Shown here in pieces: positions 34,467 through 44,181 of a stretch of DNA of 56,316 bases. Below the pieces are notes generated by a model that was given only the letters and a program-made list of their open reading frames with translations, was not told the origin of the DNA and did no database searches. The stretch comes from Actinomycetota bacterium (GTDB lineage Bacteria; Actinomycetota; Thermoleophilia; Solirubrobacterales; JACPNS01). The stretch lies in the NCBI GenBank assembly GCA_016219715.1, contig JACRKX010000008.1:1-56316 (forward strand). The letters are read 5' to 3'. The first letter of the stretch is position 1. Each line of letters opens with the position of its first letter. The translations under genes were made by a program, and so were the position numbers.

Positions 34467-35801
34467 CTAGACGAGCAGCACTCCCTCGATCATGCCGGCG
34501 GCGCGAAGGTCGCGGTACCAGCGCTCGACAGGGTGCTCCTTGATGTAGCCGTGGCCGCCGAGCAGCTGCACGCCGTCGGAGCCGATCTGCATGCCCTTGG
34601 TGGCGGTGAGCTGGCGAGCCAGCGCCGACTCGCGGGCGAAGCTCTTGCCGGCGTCGGCGCGGCTGGCTGCCTTGTATGTGGTCAGGCGAATCGCGTCGAG
34701 CTCGATCGCGATGTTGCTGACCGTGAAGGCGACGGCCTGACGGTGGCTGATCGGCTCGCCGAAGGCGACGCGGTCGTTGACGTACTGGGTGACGTAGTCG
34801 AGCACGGCTTGACCGGTGCCGGCGGCTAGCGCCGACCACGCGATGCGGCCGAGGCGGATGCAGTCGGCGTAGACCTCGGGGTCGGCGTCGCCGAGCAGCG
34901 ACTCGACCGGCAGCTTGACGTCTTCGAGCGCCAGGGTGGCCGTAGCCGATGCGCGGATGCCCATCGCGGGCTCGGGCGCGACGGCCACGCCGTCGGTCTT
35001 GGCCTCGACGATGAACAGCGCCGGCTTGCCCTCGAGCTCAGCCGCGATTACGAATAGCTCGGCGTCGGCAGCGCGCGGGACGAGCGACTTGACGCCGGTA
35101 AGCGTGAAGCCGCCATCGGCGTTGCGGGTGGCCTTGGTGTCGAGCTTGAATGGGTCGAACAGCGGCCTTGGCTCCATAACCGCGAGCGCAGCGGCGGGAA
35201 CGTTCTCGCCGACGAACTCGGGCAGGTAGGTGGCCTGCTGGTCGGCGTCGCCCCACAGTCCGAGCGCAGTCGAAACGGCGGCGGGCGCAAGAACCGCGAC
35301 GGCCAATCCCATGTCGCCCTTGGCGAGCGTCTCGCTGATCAGCGTCGAGGTGACGGCCGAGCGCTCTTCGACGGCGCCACCGAGTTCTTCGGGCACGCCG
35401 ATCATCGTCACGCCCAACTCAATGCTCTGGGCGAGCAGCTCGGCCGGGGCGGCGCAGTCGTGGTCGGCCTGTCCGGCGATCGGCTTGAGTTCGCTCTGCG
35501 CGAAGTCGCCGAAGGCCTCGGTGAGCATCGCCTGCTCATCGGTGGGAGTCAGATCGAAGAGCCCGTAGCTCTTGGCGCTGGGCTGGCGAGCGGGCTTGTC
35601 GCCCTTCTGCTTGGTGAACTGGCGGCCGACCGCGCCGGCTGCCTTGAAGCCGCCCTTGGTGGTGCTGTAGAGAGCCTTCTCGGCGGGCTTGCGCAGCTTG
35701 AGCTTGTCGATCGTGCTGGAGCTTGCGAAACGGTTCAGAGCGCGCAGTCCGAATGCCATTCCCTTGTCCGCGGGTGATTTTTCGATGGTGTTGGGTGCCA
35801 T
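34467..35801 (-). CDS. fadE24: Acyl-CoA dehydrogenase (FadE24-like partner)
   Basis: FDLTPTDEQ; GDMGLA; QLLGGHGY..EHPVERWYRDLRA; short EGVLLV end. Confidence 0.88.
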   Translation of the reverse strand: MAPNTIEKSPADKGMAFGLRALNRFASSSTIDKLKLRKPAEKALYSTTKGGFKAAGAVGRQFTKQKGDKPARQPSAKSYGLFDLTPTDEQAMLTEAFGDFAQSELKPIAGQADHDCAAPAELLAQSIELGVTMIGVPEELGGAVEERSAVTSTLISETLAKGDMGLAVAVLAPAAVSTALGLWGDADQQATYLPEFVGENVPAAALAVMEPRPLFDPFKLDTKATRNADGGFTLTGVKSLVPRAADAELFVIAAELEGKPALFIVEAKTDGVAVAPEPAMGIRASATATLALEDVKLPVESLLGDADPEVYADCIRLGRIAWSALAAGTGQAVLDYVTQYVNDRVAFGEPISHRQAVAFTVSNIAIELDAIRLTTYKAASRADAGKSFARESALARQLTATKGMQIGSDGVQLLGGHGYIKEHPVERWYRDLRAAGMIEGVLLV

Positions 35802-35859
35802 GAGAAAGGAGGTGCTATTCGCCTTCAGGTCGTGGGAAGATCCCGAGGATGGAGTCTGG

Positions 35860-35881
35860 TAAGTGACTGATTGGTCACTTA
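35860..35881. promoter_or_regulatory. Palindromic operator (TetR-like) just downstream of the fad promoter
   Basis: TAAGTGAC-TGATTG-GTCACTTA. Confidence 0.75.
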
Positions 35882-35891
35882 GTTAGGACAT

Positions 35892-35920
35892 AGCTTAGCC
35901 ACGGCGCCTGGAGTTGTCAA
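35892..35920 (-). promoter_or_regulatory. Sigma70-type promoter of the fad operon
   Basis: Minus strand TTGACA-17 nt-TAAGCT. Confidence 0.8.
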
Positions 35921-35970
35921 GTCCACGTTCGCCACGGGCCGCCGTAGCGTCGCTTCGCTGAGCCACGTGC

Positions 35971-36041
35971 CGCGCAAGGTTGCGATCTTTGCGCAGATCT
36001 TTGCGCAGGACCTTCGTGCGCAAAGATCGCAACCTTGCGCG
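35971..36041. repeat. 25-bp perfect inverted repeat with an internal 12-nt tandem duplication, downstream of narI
   Basis: CGCGCAAGGTTGCGATCTTTGCGCA (35971-35995) and its reverse complement (36017-36041); GATCTTTGCGCA twice. Confidence 0.85.
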
Positions 36042-36093
36042 CGAAACCGCTTCGGAATGGGAGACCTTGCGCTGGCCCGCCGGGCCGCGGCGG

Positions 36094-36792
36094 CTACCGC
36101 GCCACCGAGTCGCGGCGGCGGAAGACGATCGGCGGGCGCACGATGAAGGTCAGTGGCACGCTCCAGGCATGAACCAGTCGCGTGAACGGCCAAAGCGCGA
36201 AGAGGCCCATCGCGGCCAGCGCGTGCAGCTTGAACGACCACGGCGCTTCGGCCATCAACTCAGGGTCAGGCTGCAGCAGGAAGATGCCGCGAAACCACGG
36301 TGAGACCGTCTCGCGATAGTCATGCGAGTCGCCGAGTAGCTGGATGCCGATCGTGTTGATCATGCCGGTCACCACCACCGCCAGCAGCGCCACGATCACG
36401 ACGAAGTCGGCCGTCTGGCTGGCCTTGCGCACTCGCTCGTTGCCCGAGCGACGCAGCGCCAGGATCACCAGCCCGGCCGTCATCGTCACGCCGGCCAGCG
36501 TGCCCATCGCGACGGCGACGTTGTGGTACATGTGCTCGGTGATGCCGAGCGACCCGGTCAGATCCTTGGGTATCAGCAATCCGCCGATGTGACCACCGAC
36601 GACGGCGAGCATTCCGAAGTGGAACAGCAGCACGCCCACCATCAGCGTCTTGCGTTCGAGTAGCTGCGAAGAGCGCGTCGTCCACGAGTACTGCGCGGTG
36701 CGGTAGCGCCAGACGTGGCCGACCACGAACACCGCGATCACCGCGTAGGGCAGAGCGCCCCACACCAGCATCTTGAACTCCTCATTCATCAT
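36094..36792 (-). CDS. narI: Respiratory nitrate reductase gamma subunit
   Basis: WTTRSSQLLE; LFHFG...GH; FKLH; WPFTRLVHAWS. Confidence 0.96.
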   Translation of the reverse strand: MMNEEFKMLVWGALPYAVIAVFVVGHVWRYRTAQYSWTTRSSQLLERKTLMVGVLLFHFGMLAVVGGHIGGLLIPKDLTGSLGITEHMYHNVAVAMGTLAGVTMTAGLVILALRRSGNERVRKASQTADFVVIVALLAVVVTGMINTIGIQLLGDSHDYRETVSPWFRGIFLLQPDPELMAEAPWSFKLHALAAMGLFALWPFTRLVHAWSVPLTFIVRPPIVFRRRDSVAR

Positions 36793-37481
36793 GACCTCCA
36801 GTCGTGGCCGCCGGCGGCCGTGGGAATCGGCATCTGCGGGGCGGACTGGCCGGAGGGCATCTCGTTACCCGGACCAAACGGCTCGAGCCCGACCTCCTCG
36901 TCGGGCGGACCCTGCGCGAGCAGTTGCTCGACCGTCTCTCGCAGGTTCGATCCCATCTTCGGCAGCGTGGCCGACAAGGCGTCGAACAAAACGGCCTGCG
37001 GCTGGCCCTGATCGTGCAGCACCTTGCGCACCAGTTCGATCGGCGCACGCCACTTCTGCAGCAGATCGGCGCCGGCCGGGTCCGGGGCGAAGGCCGCGAA
37101 CTCGAGCATCAGCGGCAGCCAGTCGGGTAGCTCGTCCTCGACGGGGTGCATGTCGTTCTCCTGGTAGGCACGCTTGAGCTTCAGCAAGACGAGGCCACGT
37201 TGACGGCGGTCGCCGTACTGGTGCCAGCTCATGTAGAGCGAGCTCTGACGACCGAGGTCGAAGCGCTCGACGTACTCGGTCTGCAAGTCGATCAGATCGC
37301 GCGCCGACCAGTCGTCGATCAGCTTGGCGATCGACTCGACCTCGACCACGCGCTCGGCGATCGCGGCCTCGCGGATCGCCGGCAACGCGGCGATCAAGTC
37401 CTCGTCGGGGTAGCGCAGCAGCGCCGACACAACGTGCCAGGTAGCCACCCGCTGCTCTAGGCCGAGCGAGCGGCGCCTCAC
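36789..37481 (-). CDS. narJ: Nitrate reductase chaperone
   Basis: LLRYPD; YVERFD; GDRRQRG; ELPDWLPLMLEF. Confidence 0.93.
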   Translation of the reverse strand: MRRRSLGLEQRVATWHVVSALLRYPDEDLIAALPAIREAAIAERVVEVESIAKLIDDWSARDLIDLQTEYVERFDLGRQSSLYMSWHQYGDRRQRGLVLLKLKRAYQENDMHPVEDELPDWLPLMLEFAAFAPDPAGADLLQKWRAPIELVRKVLHDQGQPQAVLFDALSATLPKMGSNLRETVEQLLAQGPPDEEVGLEPFGPGNEMPSGQSAPQMPIPTAAGGHDWRS

Positions 37482-39136
37482 GACGCACCCCCCTTCGTGC
37501 CGGCCGAGCCATCCTGCGCGGAAGCCGCGCGGCCATCGCCGTTTCCGTTCGAGCCATTGCCCGCCGAGCCGTTGCCGGGCGCCCCCGGGGCACCCGGGCT
37601 GACACCGTGGAGCTGCACCATCGGCAACTCGAAGCCGCTGTTGGAGGTGGCCCCGCCGGGACCGTCGAGCGCCTCGGGCGGAGTCTCGAAGCTGATCGGG
37701 AAACCGCTGCCACCCTGAACCTGGAAGGGACTGCGGCCGACCTCTCCACGCCGTGTCGGGATCACGAAGCGGTCCTTCGACTTGGCGATCGCAAGGATCT
37801 CGTAAAGCCGGCGGATCTGGGCGTCATCCATACCCGCCATGTCGGTCTCGCGGCGCTCGTCGTCGTCGATCATGTCGTTCTCGCGCATGTACATGCGCAT
37901 CGCCGCCAGCTTGCGCAGGATCATCCGGATCCGCTCGGTATCGCCGGCGGTGAACATGTTCGCCAGGTACTCGATCGGGATCCGCAGCGATTCGATCGCC
38001 GGGAAGACGTCGTCGGGATCGGCCGGCGAGTCCTCGGCCTCGAAGGCGCTGGTGATCGGCGAGAGTGGCGGCACGTACCAGACCATCGGAATCGTGCGGA
38101 ACTCTGGGTGCAGCGGCACCGCTACGCCGTAGCGCTTGATCAGCGCGAAGGCCGGCGACTTGCGGGCGGCCTCGATCCACTCGGGCTGCACACCGTCGCG
38201 CAGTGCCGCGTCTTGGACCTCCGGGTCGTTCGGGTCGAGGATCATCGACAGCTGGGCGTCGATCAGGTCCTTCTCGTCGGCAGTACCCGCGACCTCTTCG
38301 ATGCGATCGGCGTCGTAGAGCAGCACGCCCATGTAACGGATGCGGCCCACGCATGTCTCGCTACACACCGTCGGCTGTCCGGCCTCGATGCGCGGGAAGC
38401 ACATCGTGCACTTCTCGGCCTTGCCGCTCTTCCAGTTGAAGAAGACCTTCTTGTATGGGCAGCCCGAGACGCACATGCGCCATCCGCGGCAGCTGTCCTG
38501 GTCGATCAGGACGATGCCGTCTTCTTCGCGCTTGTAGATCGATCCGCTGGGGCAGCTCGCCATGCAAGTCGTGTTGATGCAGTGGTTGCAGATACGCGGC
38601 AGGTACATCATGAAGACGTTCTCGAAGTCGGCCTTCAGCTTCTCTTCCAGTTCGCCACGGATGTTCGGGTCGTTGAGCAGCACGTTGGCGCCGCCGGCCA
38701 GATCGTCTTCCCAGTTCGGACCCCACTCGACGGCCATGTCCTTGCCGGTCAGCTTCGACTGCGGCGTGGCGACCGGCTGATGCTTGCTGACAGGTGCGTT
38801 CTGCAGCGTCTCGTAGTCGTAGGTCCAGGGCTCGTAGTAGTCGTCGATCGTCGGCAGATTCGGGTTGAAGAAGATGTTCGCCAGCTTCTTCAGCTTGCCG
38901 CCGCTGCGCAGCACCGGCTTGCCCTTCTTGTCGAGCACCCAGCCGCCCTTGTACTTGTCCTGGTTCTCCCACTGACGCGGGTAGCCCTCGCCGGGCTTGG
39001 TCTCGACGTTGTTGAACCAGATGTACTCGGCGCCGGGACGGTTGGTCCAGACGTTCTTGCAGGTGACACTGCAGGTGTGGCATCCGATGCACTTGTCGAG
39101 GTTCATCACCATCGTGATGTGAGCGCGAACCTTCAT
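37478..39136 (-). CDS. narH: Nitrate reductase beta subunit
   Basis: NLDKCIGCHTCSVTCK; CRGWRMCVSGCPYKK; CSETCVGRIRY. Confidence 0.98.
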   Translation of the reverse strand: MKVRAHITMVMNLDKCIGCHTCSVTCKNVWTNRPGAEYIWFNNVETKPGEGYPRQWENQDKYKGGWVLDKKGKPVLRSGGKLKKLANIFFNPNLPTIDDYYEPWTYDYETLQNAPVSKHQPVATPQSKLTGKDMAVEWGPNWEDDLAGGANVLLNDPNIRGELEEKLKADFENVFMMYLPRICNHCINTTCMASCPSGSIYKREEDGIVLIDQDSCRGWRMCVSGCPYKKVFFNWKSGKAEKCTMCFPRIEAGQPTVCSETCVGRIRYMGVLLYDADRIEEVAGTADEKDLIDAQLSMILDPNDPEVQDAALRDGVQPEWIEAARKSPAFALIKRYGVAVPLHPEFRTIPMVWYVPPLSPITSAFEAEDSPADPDDVFPAIESLRIPIEYLANMFTAGDTERIRMILRKLAAMRMYMRENDMIDDDERRETDMAGMDDAQIRRLYEILAIAKSKDRFVIPTRRGEVGRSPFQVQGGSGFPISFETPPEALDGPGGATSNSGFELPMVQLHGVSPGAPGAPGNGSAGNGSNGNGDGRAASAQDGSAGTKGGAS

Positions 39137-42100
39137 CAGTACGTCACCTCCTCAACTCGGCGGCGCACAACGATCAGTTCATCTCGCTGGTTGCCGGTGG
39201 GGCCGTAGTAGTTGAACGCGTAAGAGAGCTGGGCGTATCCGCCGATCAGGTGGGTCGGCTTGACGTTGATGCGAGTCAGCGAGTTGTGGATACCGCCGCG
39301 CGTGCCGGTCAGCTCCGTCTTGGGCACGTTGACGTGGCGGTCCTGTACGTGGTACATCAGCGAGGTGCCCTTCGGTATGCGATGGCTGACCGCAGCGCGA
39401 CACGCCACCACACCGTTGCGGTTGTAGAGCTCGATCCAGTCGTTGTCGGCAACGCCGATCGACTCGGCGTCTTCGTCGCTGATCCAGAGCACCGGCCCGC
39501 CTCGCGAGAGCGTCAGCATGATCAGGTTGTCCTGGTAGGTCGAGTGGATCGACCACTTCGAGTGCGGCGTCAGGAAGCGCAGCACTACCTCGGGGCGGCC
39601 GGCGTCACGCAGCTGCGGGTCGGCGACGTAGGCGTGCAGGTCGACCGGCGGCCGGTAGGTCGCCAGACCTTCGCCGTAGTCGGTGATCCAGTCGTGATCG
39701 AGGTAGAAGTGCTGGCGGCCGGTCAGCGTGCGCCACGGAATCAAGTGGTCGACGTTGGCCGTGAACGGCGAGTAGCGGCGGTCGCGCGCTTCGAGACCCG
39801 ACCACTCGGCAGAGGCGATCACCTTGCGCGGCTGGTGCTGGATCTCGTCGAACGTGATCAGCTCGTCCTCGCGGTCCTTCGAAACCTGCGAGAGGTCGCG
39901 GCCTACGCGCTTGGACAGATTCTTCCATCCCTGCACGGCGAGCTCGCCGTTGGTCGTACCTGAGAGCCGCAGGATCGCCTCGGCGACCTGCTCGGCGCGG
40001 GCGAACGAGGGCGTGGGACCTTCGGCGCCATCGATCGCGCCGTTGGCCTGGGCAAGCTCATCGACCTGCTTGTCGACGTTCCACGACACGCCCTTCCACT
40101 GCATGCCGAGGTTCTTCGGCAGCGGCCCGAGGCGAGTCATCTGGTTGAAGACGTTCGGGTAGTCGCGCACGACGGGGATGAACTTCGGCGCGGTCTTGCC
40201 AGGGATCAGCTCGCACTCGCCCGCCTTCCAGTCACGCACCTCGCCAAGCGGCTGGGCGATCTCGTCGGGCGTGTCGTGCTGCAGCGGCGCCATCACGACG
40301 TCGGTGCGCTTGCCTAGGTGCTTCTCGGCTTGCTCGGAGAAGTAGTACGCGATCAGCTTGAAGATGTCCCAGTCGGAGCGGGCGTCCCAAGGCGGGCTGA
40401 TCGCCGGATTGAACGGGTGCACGAACGGGTGCATGTCGGTGGTGGAGATGTCGTGCTTCTCGTACCAAGTGGCGGCCGGCAGAACGACGTCGCTGTGCAG
40501 GCAGGTGCCGTTCATGCGGAAGTCGAGCGTGGTCAGCAGGTCGAGCTTCCCCGACGGTGCCTCGTCGTGCCACTTGACCTCCTTCGGGCGTTTGCCTTCG
40601 GGCGATTCGGGGTTGCGAACCGCCGAGGTCGTGACGCCGAGCAGGTGATCGAGGAAGTACTCGTGGCCCTTCGCCGAGCCGCCGATCAGGTTTGCGCGCC
40701 AGACGTTGAGCACGCGCGGGAAGTTCTGCGGGTCGTCGGGGTCGTCCCAGGCGAAGCCCAGTTCGCCACTCTTCAACTTGCCGGCGATCAGTTCGGCCGG
40801 CGGAACGCCGGCGGCCGCAGCCTGGTCGCCCAGCTCGAGCGGGTTCTCGGTCAGGCTCGGGTACGCGGGTGTCCAGCCCAGTCGAACGGCCTGAGAAACG
40901 CAGTCGGCGATGTGGCGCTCCTTGAGCACACCGTTGCCGGTCGGCGAGCGAAACGTGCCGGCGTCCCACGGGTCGTAGCGAAACTGACTCGTGTTCATGT
41001 AGAAGAACGAGGTCGATGCCTGGTGGCGCGGCGGGCGCGCCCAGTCGAGCGCAAAGGCGACCTGCGAGAAGCCGAGGATCGGACGCACCTTCTCCTGGCC
41101 GACGTAATGCGCCCAGCCGCCGCCGTTGACGCCCTGACAACCGGTCAGCAGCAGAAGGTTGAGCATCGAGCGGTAGATCGTGTCGCCGTGGAACCAATGG
41201 TTGGTCGCGGCGCCCATCACGATCATCGAGCGACCTTTGGTGCGCTCGGCGTTGCGCGCGAACTCGCGCGCGACCTTGATCACGTCGGCGGCCTTGACGC
41301 CGGTGTGTAGCTGCTGCCAGGCCGGGGTGAAAGGCTTGTCGTCGTCGTAACCGCTGGGCCAGTCGCCGGGCAGGCCCTCGCGGCCGACGCCGTACTGCGC
41401 GAGCACGAGGTCGAGCACGGTGGTGACCAGCGTGCCGTCGGGCAAGCGCTTGACCGGCACGCCACGGGTGACCACCGCGGCGTCATGCGGCCCATCGCCG
41501 CCGAACACGCTGACATCGACGGCGACGTTCTCGTCGCCGCTGTCGATCAGCGTGAGCAGTGGATCGACGCCGTCGAGTTCGAGGTTCCACCTACCGGCGC
41601 CCTCGTCTCCCCAGCGATCGCCGATCGCGCCCTTCGGTACGCGCAGCTCGCCACTGGCCGAGTCGATCACGACGGTCTTCCATTCTTCGTTTTCGCCGCT
41701 GCCGCCGATGTCGCTGGCGCGCAGGAAGCGGCCCGCCACGTGATTGCCGGTGGCGCCCGGCTTGAGCCGAACGAGATGGCAGAGGTCGGTGAACTGCTTC
41801 GCGTAGTCCTGGAAGTACCGCGTCTGCTTGTCGACGTAGAACTCCTTGAGCATCACGTGTCCCATCGCCATCGCCAGCGCGCCGTCGGTGCCGGGGTTGG
41901 CCGGCAGCCAGTGGTCGGCGAACTTGGTGTGGTCGCTGTAGTCGGGACTGACGACCACGGTCTTCTGGCCGCGATAACGCGCCTCGGTCATGAAGTGCGC
42001 GTCGGGCGTGCGCGTCATCGGCACGTTGCTGCCCCACATCATCAGGTAGCCGGCGTTGAACCAGTCGGCGCTCTCGGGCACGTCGGTCTGGTCGCCCCAG

Positions 42101-42786
42101 ACCTGCGGCGAGGCAGGCGGAAGGTCGCAGTACCAGTCGTAGAAGCTCAGGCACGATCCGCCGATCAGCGAGAGGAAACGCGTACCGGCGCTGTAGCTGA
42201 CCATCGACATCGCGGGGATCGGCGAGAAGCCGAAGATGCGGTCGGGGCCGTGCTGCTTGGCGGTGTGCACGTGGGCCGCGGCGACCATCGTGGCGACTTC
42301 GTCCCAGCGCGCGCGAACGAATCCGCCCTTGCCGCGCTGCGAGGTGTACTGGCGCTTCTTCTCGGGGTCCGAGACGACGGCCTCCCACGCCTCGACGGGA
42401 TCGCCGCAGCGTTCGAGCTCGCGGCGGTAGAGGTCGAGCAGCGCGCCGCGCACGTATGGGTAGCGCACACGGTTGGGCGAGTAGATGTACCACGAGAACG
42501 ACGCTCCGCGGGGACAACCGCGCGGCTCGTACTCGGGCATGTCGGGGCCGTTGGAGGGATAGTCGAGCGCCTGGGTCTCCCAGGTGATGATGCCGTCCTT
42601 GACGTAGACGTTCCACGAACAGGAACCGGTGCAGTTGACGCCATGGGTCGAGCGCACGACCTTGTCGTGCGCCCAACGGCGGCGGTAGAAATTCTCTGCT
42701 TGCCGGCCGTCTCGCGAGAGCATCGACCAGCCGTCTTCGGAGGGGGAACCTTTGACCAGAAGGCTGCGCAGGCCGAAGTCATTCAT
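39136..42786 (-). CDS. narG: Nitrate reductase alpha subunit (start ATG 42786)
   Basis: STHGVNCTGSC; FYDWYCDLP; GGGWAHYVGQEK; NYYGPTGNQRD; AAGGAGG RBS. Confidence 0.98.
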   Translation of the reverse strand: MNDFGLRSLLVKGSPSEDGWSMLSRDGRQAENFYRRRWAHDKVVRSTHGVNCTGSCSWNVYVKDGIITWETQALDYPSNGPDMPEYEPRGCPRGASFSWYIYSPNRVRYPYVRGALLDLYRRELERCGDPVEAWEAVVSDPEKKRQYTSQRGKGGFVRARWDEVATMVAAAHVHTAKQHGPDRIFGFSPIPAMSMVSYSAGTRFLSLIGGSCLSFYDWYCDLPPASPQVWGDQTDVPESADWFNAGYLMMWGSNVPMTRTPDAHFMTEARYRGQKTVVVSPDYSDHTKFADHWLPANPGTDGALAMAMGHVMLKEFYVDKQTRYFQDYAKQFTDLCHLVRLKPGATGNHVAGRFLRASDIGGSGENEEWKTVVIDSASGELRVPKGAIGDRWGDEGAGRWNLELDGVDPLLTLIDSGDENVAVDVSVFGGDGPHDAAVVTRGVPVKRLPDGTLVTTVLDLVLAQYGVGREGLPGDWPSGYDDDKPFTPAWQQLHTGVKAADVIKVAREFARNAERTKGRSMIVMGAATNHWFHGDTIYRSMLNLLLLTGCQGVNGGGWAHYVGQEKVRPILGFSQVAFALDWARPPRHQASTSFFYMNTSQFRYDPWDAGTFRSPTGNGVLKERHIADCVSQAVRLGWTPAYPSLTENPLELGDQAAAAGVPPAELIAGKLKSGELGFAWDDPDDPQNFPRVLNVWRANLIGGSAKGHEYFLDHLLGVTTSAVRNPESPEGKRPKEVKWHDEAPSGKLDLLTTLDFRMNGTCLHSDVVLPAATWYEKHDISTTDMHPFVHPFNPAISPPWDARSDWDIFKLIAYYFSEQAEKHLGKRTDVVMAPLQHDTPDEIAQPLGEVRDWKAGECELIPGKTAPKFIPVVRDYPNVFNQMTRLGPLPKNLGMQWKGVSWNVDKQVDELAQANGAIDGAEGPTPSFARAEQVAEAILRLSGTTNGELAVQGWKNLSKRVGRDLSQVSKDREDELITFDEIQHQPRKVIASAEWSGLEARDRRYSPFTANVDHLIPWRTLTGRQHFYLDHDWITDYGEGLATYRPPVDLHAYVADPQLRDAGRPEVVLRFLTPHSKWSIHSTYQDNLIMLTLSRGGPVLWISDEDAESIGVADNDWIELYNRNGVVACRAAVSHRIPKGTSLMYHVQDRHVNVPKTELTGTRGGIHNSLTRINVKPTHLIGGYAQLSYAFNYYGPTGNQRDELIVVRRRVEEVTY

Positions 42787-42820
42787 GTTGTGGGGCCTCC
42801 TTGGCTTGATTTCATCAGAT

Positions 42821-44176
42821 TCAGCATGGGTTCGGGGCACCCTTGCGCGCGAAGTACACCCAGTTCAGAACCACGTTCAGCGCACAGAAGATCGACAGTC
42901 CTATAAAGAAGTTGGCAGGTGTGCCGGTAGAAGACGCCGAGAACGAGATCAACAAGGAGAAAAGGAACGGCCCGTAGGCGGCGACCGCCGCCGTCCAGCC
43001 GATCACTCCGGCCGACTTGACCTTGTCGAAAAGCATCGGAATCTGCTTGAAGGTCGAGGCGTTGCCGACGCCGGCGAAGAAGAACACGCCGGTCATCGCC
43101 AGCACGAACGGGGTGAAGTCGTCGATCGAGTCGGGCTTCACCCAGAACGACACGAGGAAGGCAAAGACCGTCGCGCCGATGCCGGCGACCGTCGTGACCT
43201 TCGCGCCACCGAAGCGGTCGGAGATCGGCCCGGCCACGACGCGCGCGAGCGATCCGACCAGCGGACCGATGAACGCGTACTTCAGCGGGTCGGGGGCGCT
43301 GGCGAAGTCTCCGAACTGGTTCTTGATCAGAACCGGGAAGGCCGCGGCCAGTCCCGAGAAGGTGCCGAAGGTCATCAGGTAGAGCGAGGTCATCGTGTAG
43401 GTGTGCTTCTCGCGGAAGATGTTCATCTGCTCGCTCATCTTCGCGTGGACCGGCACGTCCTTCAGGTACACCCACGCGACGATCGTTCCGATGATCACGA
43501 ACGGGATCCAGAAGAGGAAGGCGTTGCCAAGGAAGACCTCGGTCGCAGCCGGCGGCTTGTCGGGACCGCCCTTGTCGAACATCAGCGACGTACCGACGAC
43601 CGAGAGGCCGATCAGCCAAGGCGTCAGGAACTGCACGAGGCTGACGCCGAAGTTGCCGATACCGGCCTGGACACCCAGCGCCGTTCCGAGCTTCTTCTTC
43701 GGGAAGAACAAGCTGGTCGAAGGCATGAACGACGAGAAGTTTCCGCCGCCGAGACCCGCAACGAAGGCGAGCACGATCAGCGTCGTGTACGAGGTGGTGT
43801 TCTGCTGCATCGCGAAGTACCAACCGATCAACGGCACCAGCAGCGAGGCCGTCGAGAACGTGATCACCTTGCGAGTGCCGAAGATCGGGATCAGGAACAT
43901 GTGCGCCAGGCGCAGCGTTCCGCCGGCGAGACCGGGCATCGCGACCAGCCAGTAGAGCTCGGTCTTGCTGAGCTCGAACCCGGAGTCCTTCAGGCGCGCG
44001 ACGATCGCGCTGACGACGAACCACACGGCAAACGCCAGCGTCAGGTTGAAGGTGGTGATCACCAGCGTGCGATTGGCGATCTTCTTGCCGGTGGACTCCC
44101 AGAAGGCTTCGTTCTCTGGATCCCAATCGGTCAGCTCGGCGCGATTGGGCGCCGGCGTGGAGGGTGGGGCATTCAT
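42821..44176 (-). CDS. narK: Nitrate/nitrite transporter (NarK2-type)
   Basis: WDPENEAFW; GLGGGNFSS; GIGNFGVS; GVGNASTF; AGGAG RBS upstream of ATG 44176. Confidence 0.92.
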   Translation of the reverse strand: MNAPPSTPAPNRAELTDWDPENEAFWESTGKKIANRTLVITTFNLTLAFAVWFVVSAIVARLKDSGFELSKTELYWLVAMPGLAGGTLRLAHMFLIPIFGTRKVITFSTASLLVPLIGWYFAMQQNTTSYTTLIVLAFVAGLGGGNFSSFMPSTSLFFPKKKLGTALGVQAGIGNFGVSLVQFLTPWLIGLSVVGTSLMFDKGGPDKPPAATEVFLGNAFLFWIPFVIIGTIVAWVYLKDVPVHAKMSEQMNIFREKHTYTMTSLYLMTFGTFSGLAAAFPVLIKNQFGDFASAPDPLKYAFIGPLVGSLARVVAGPISDRFGGAKVTTVAGIGATVFAFLVSFWVKPDSIDDFTPFVLAMTGVFFFAGVGNASTFKQIPMLFDKVKSAGVIGWTAAVAAYGPFLFSLLISFSASSTGTPANFFIGLSIFCALNVVLNWVYFARKGAPNPC

Positions 44177-44181
44177 GGCGA

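Noticed and set aside
37500-37690. Gly/Ser/Asn-rich NarH C-terminal tail as a separate domain
   Set aside because: Low-complexity, probably disordered extension with no motif support.
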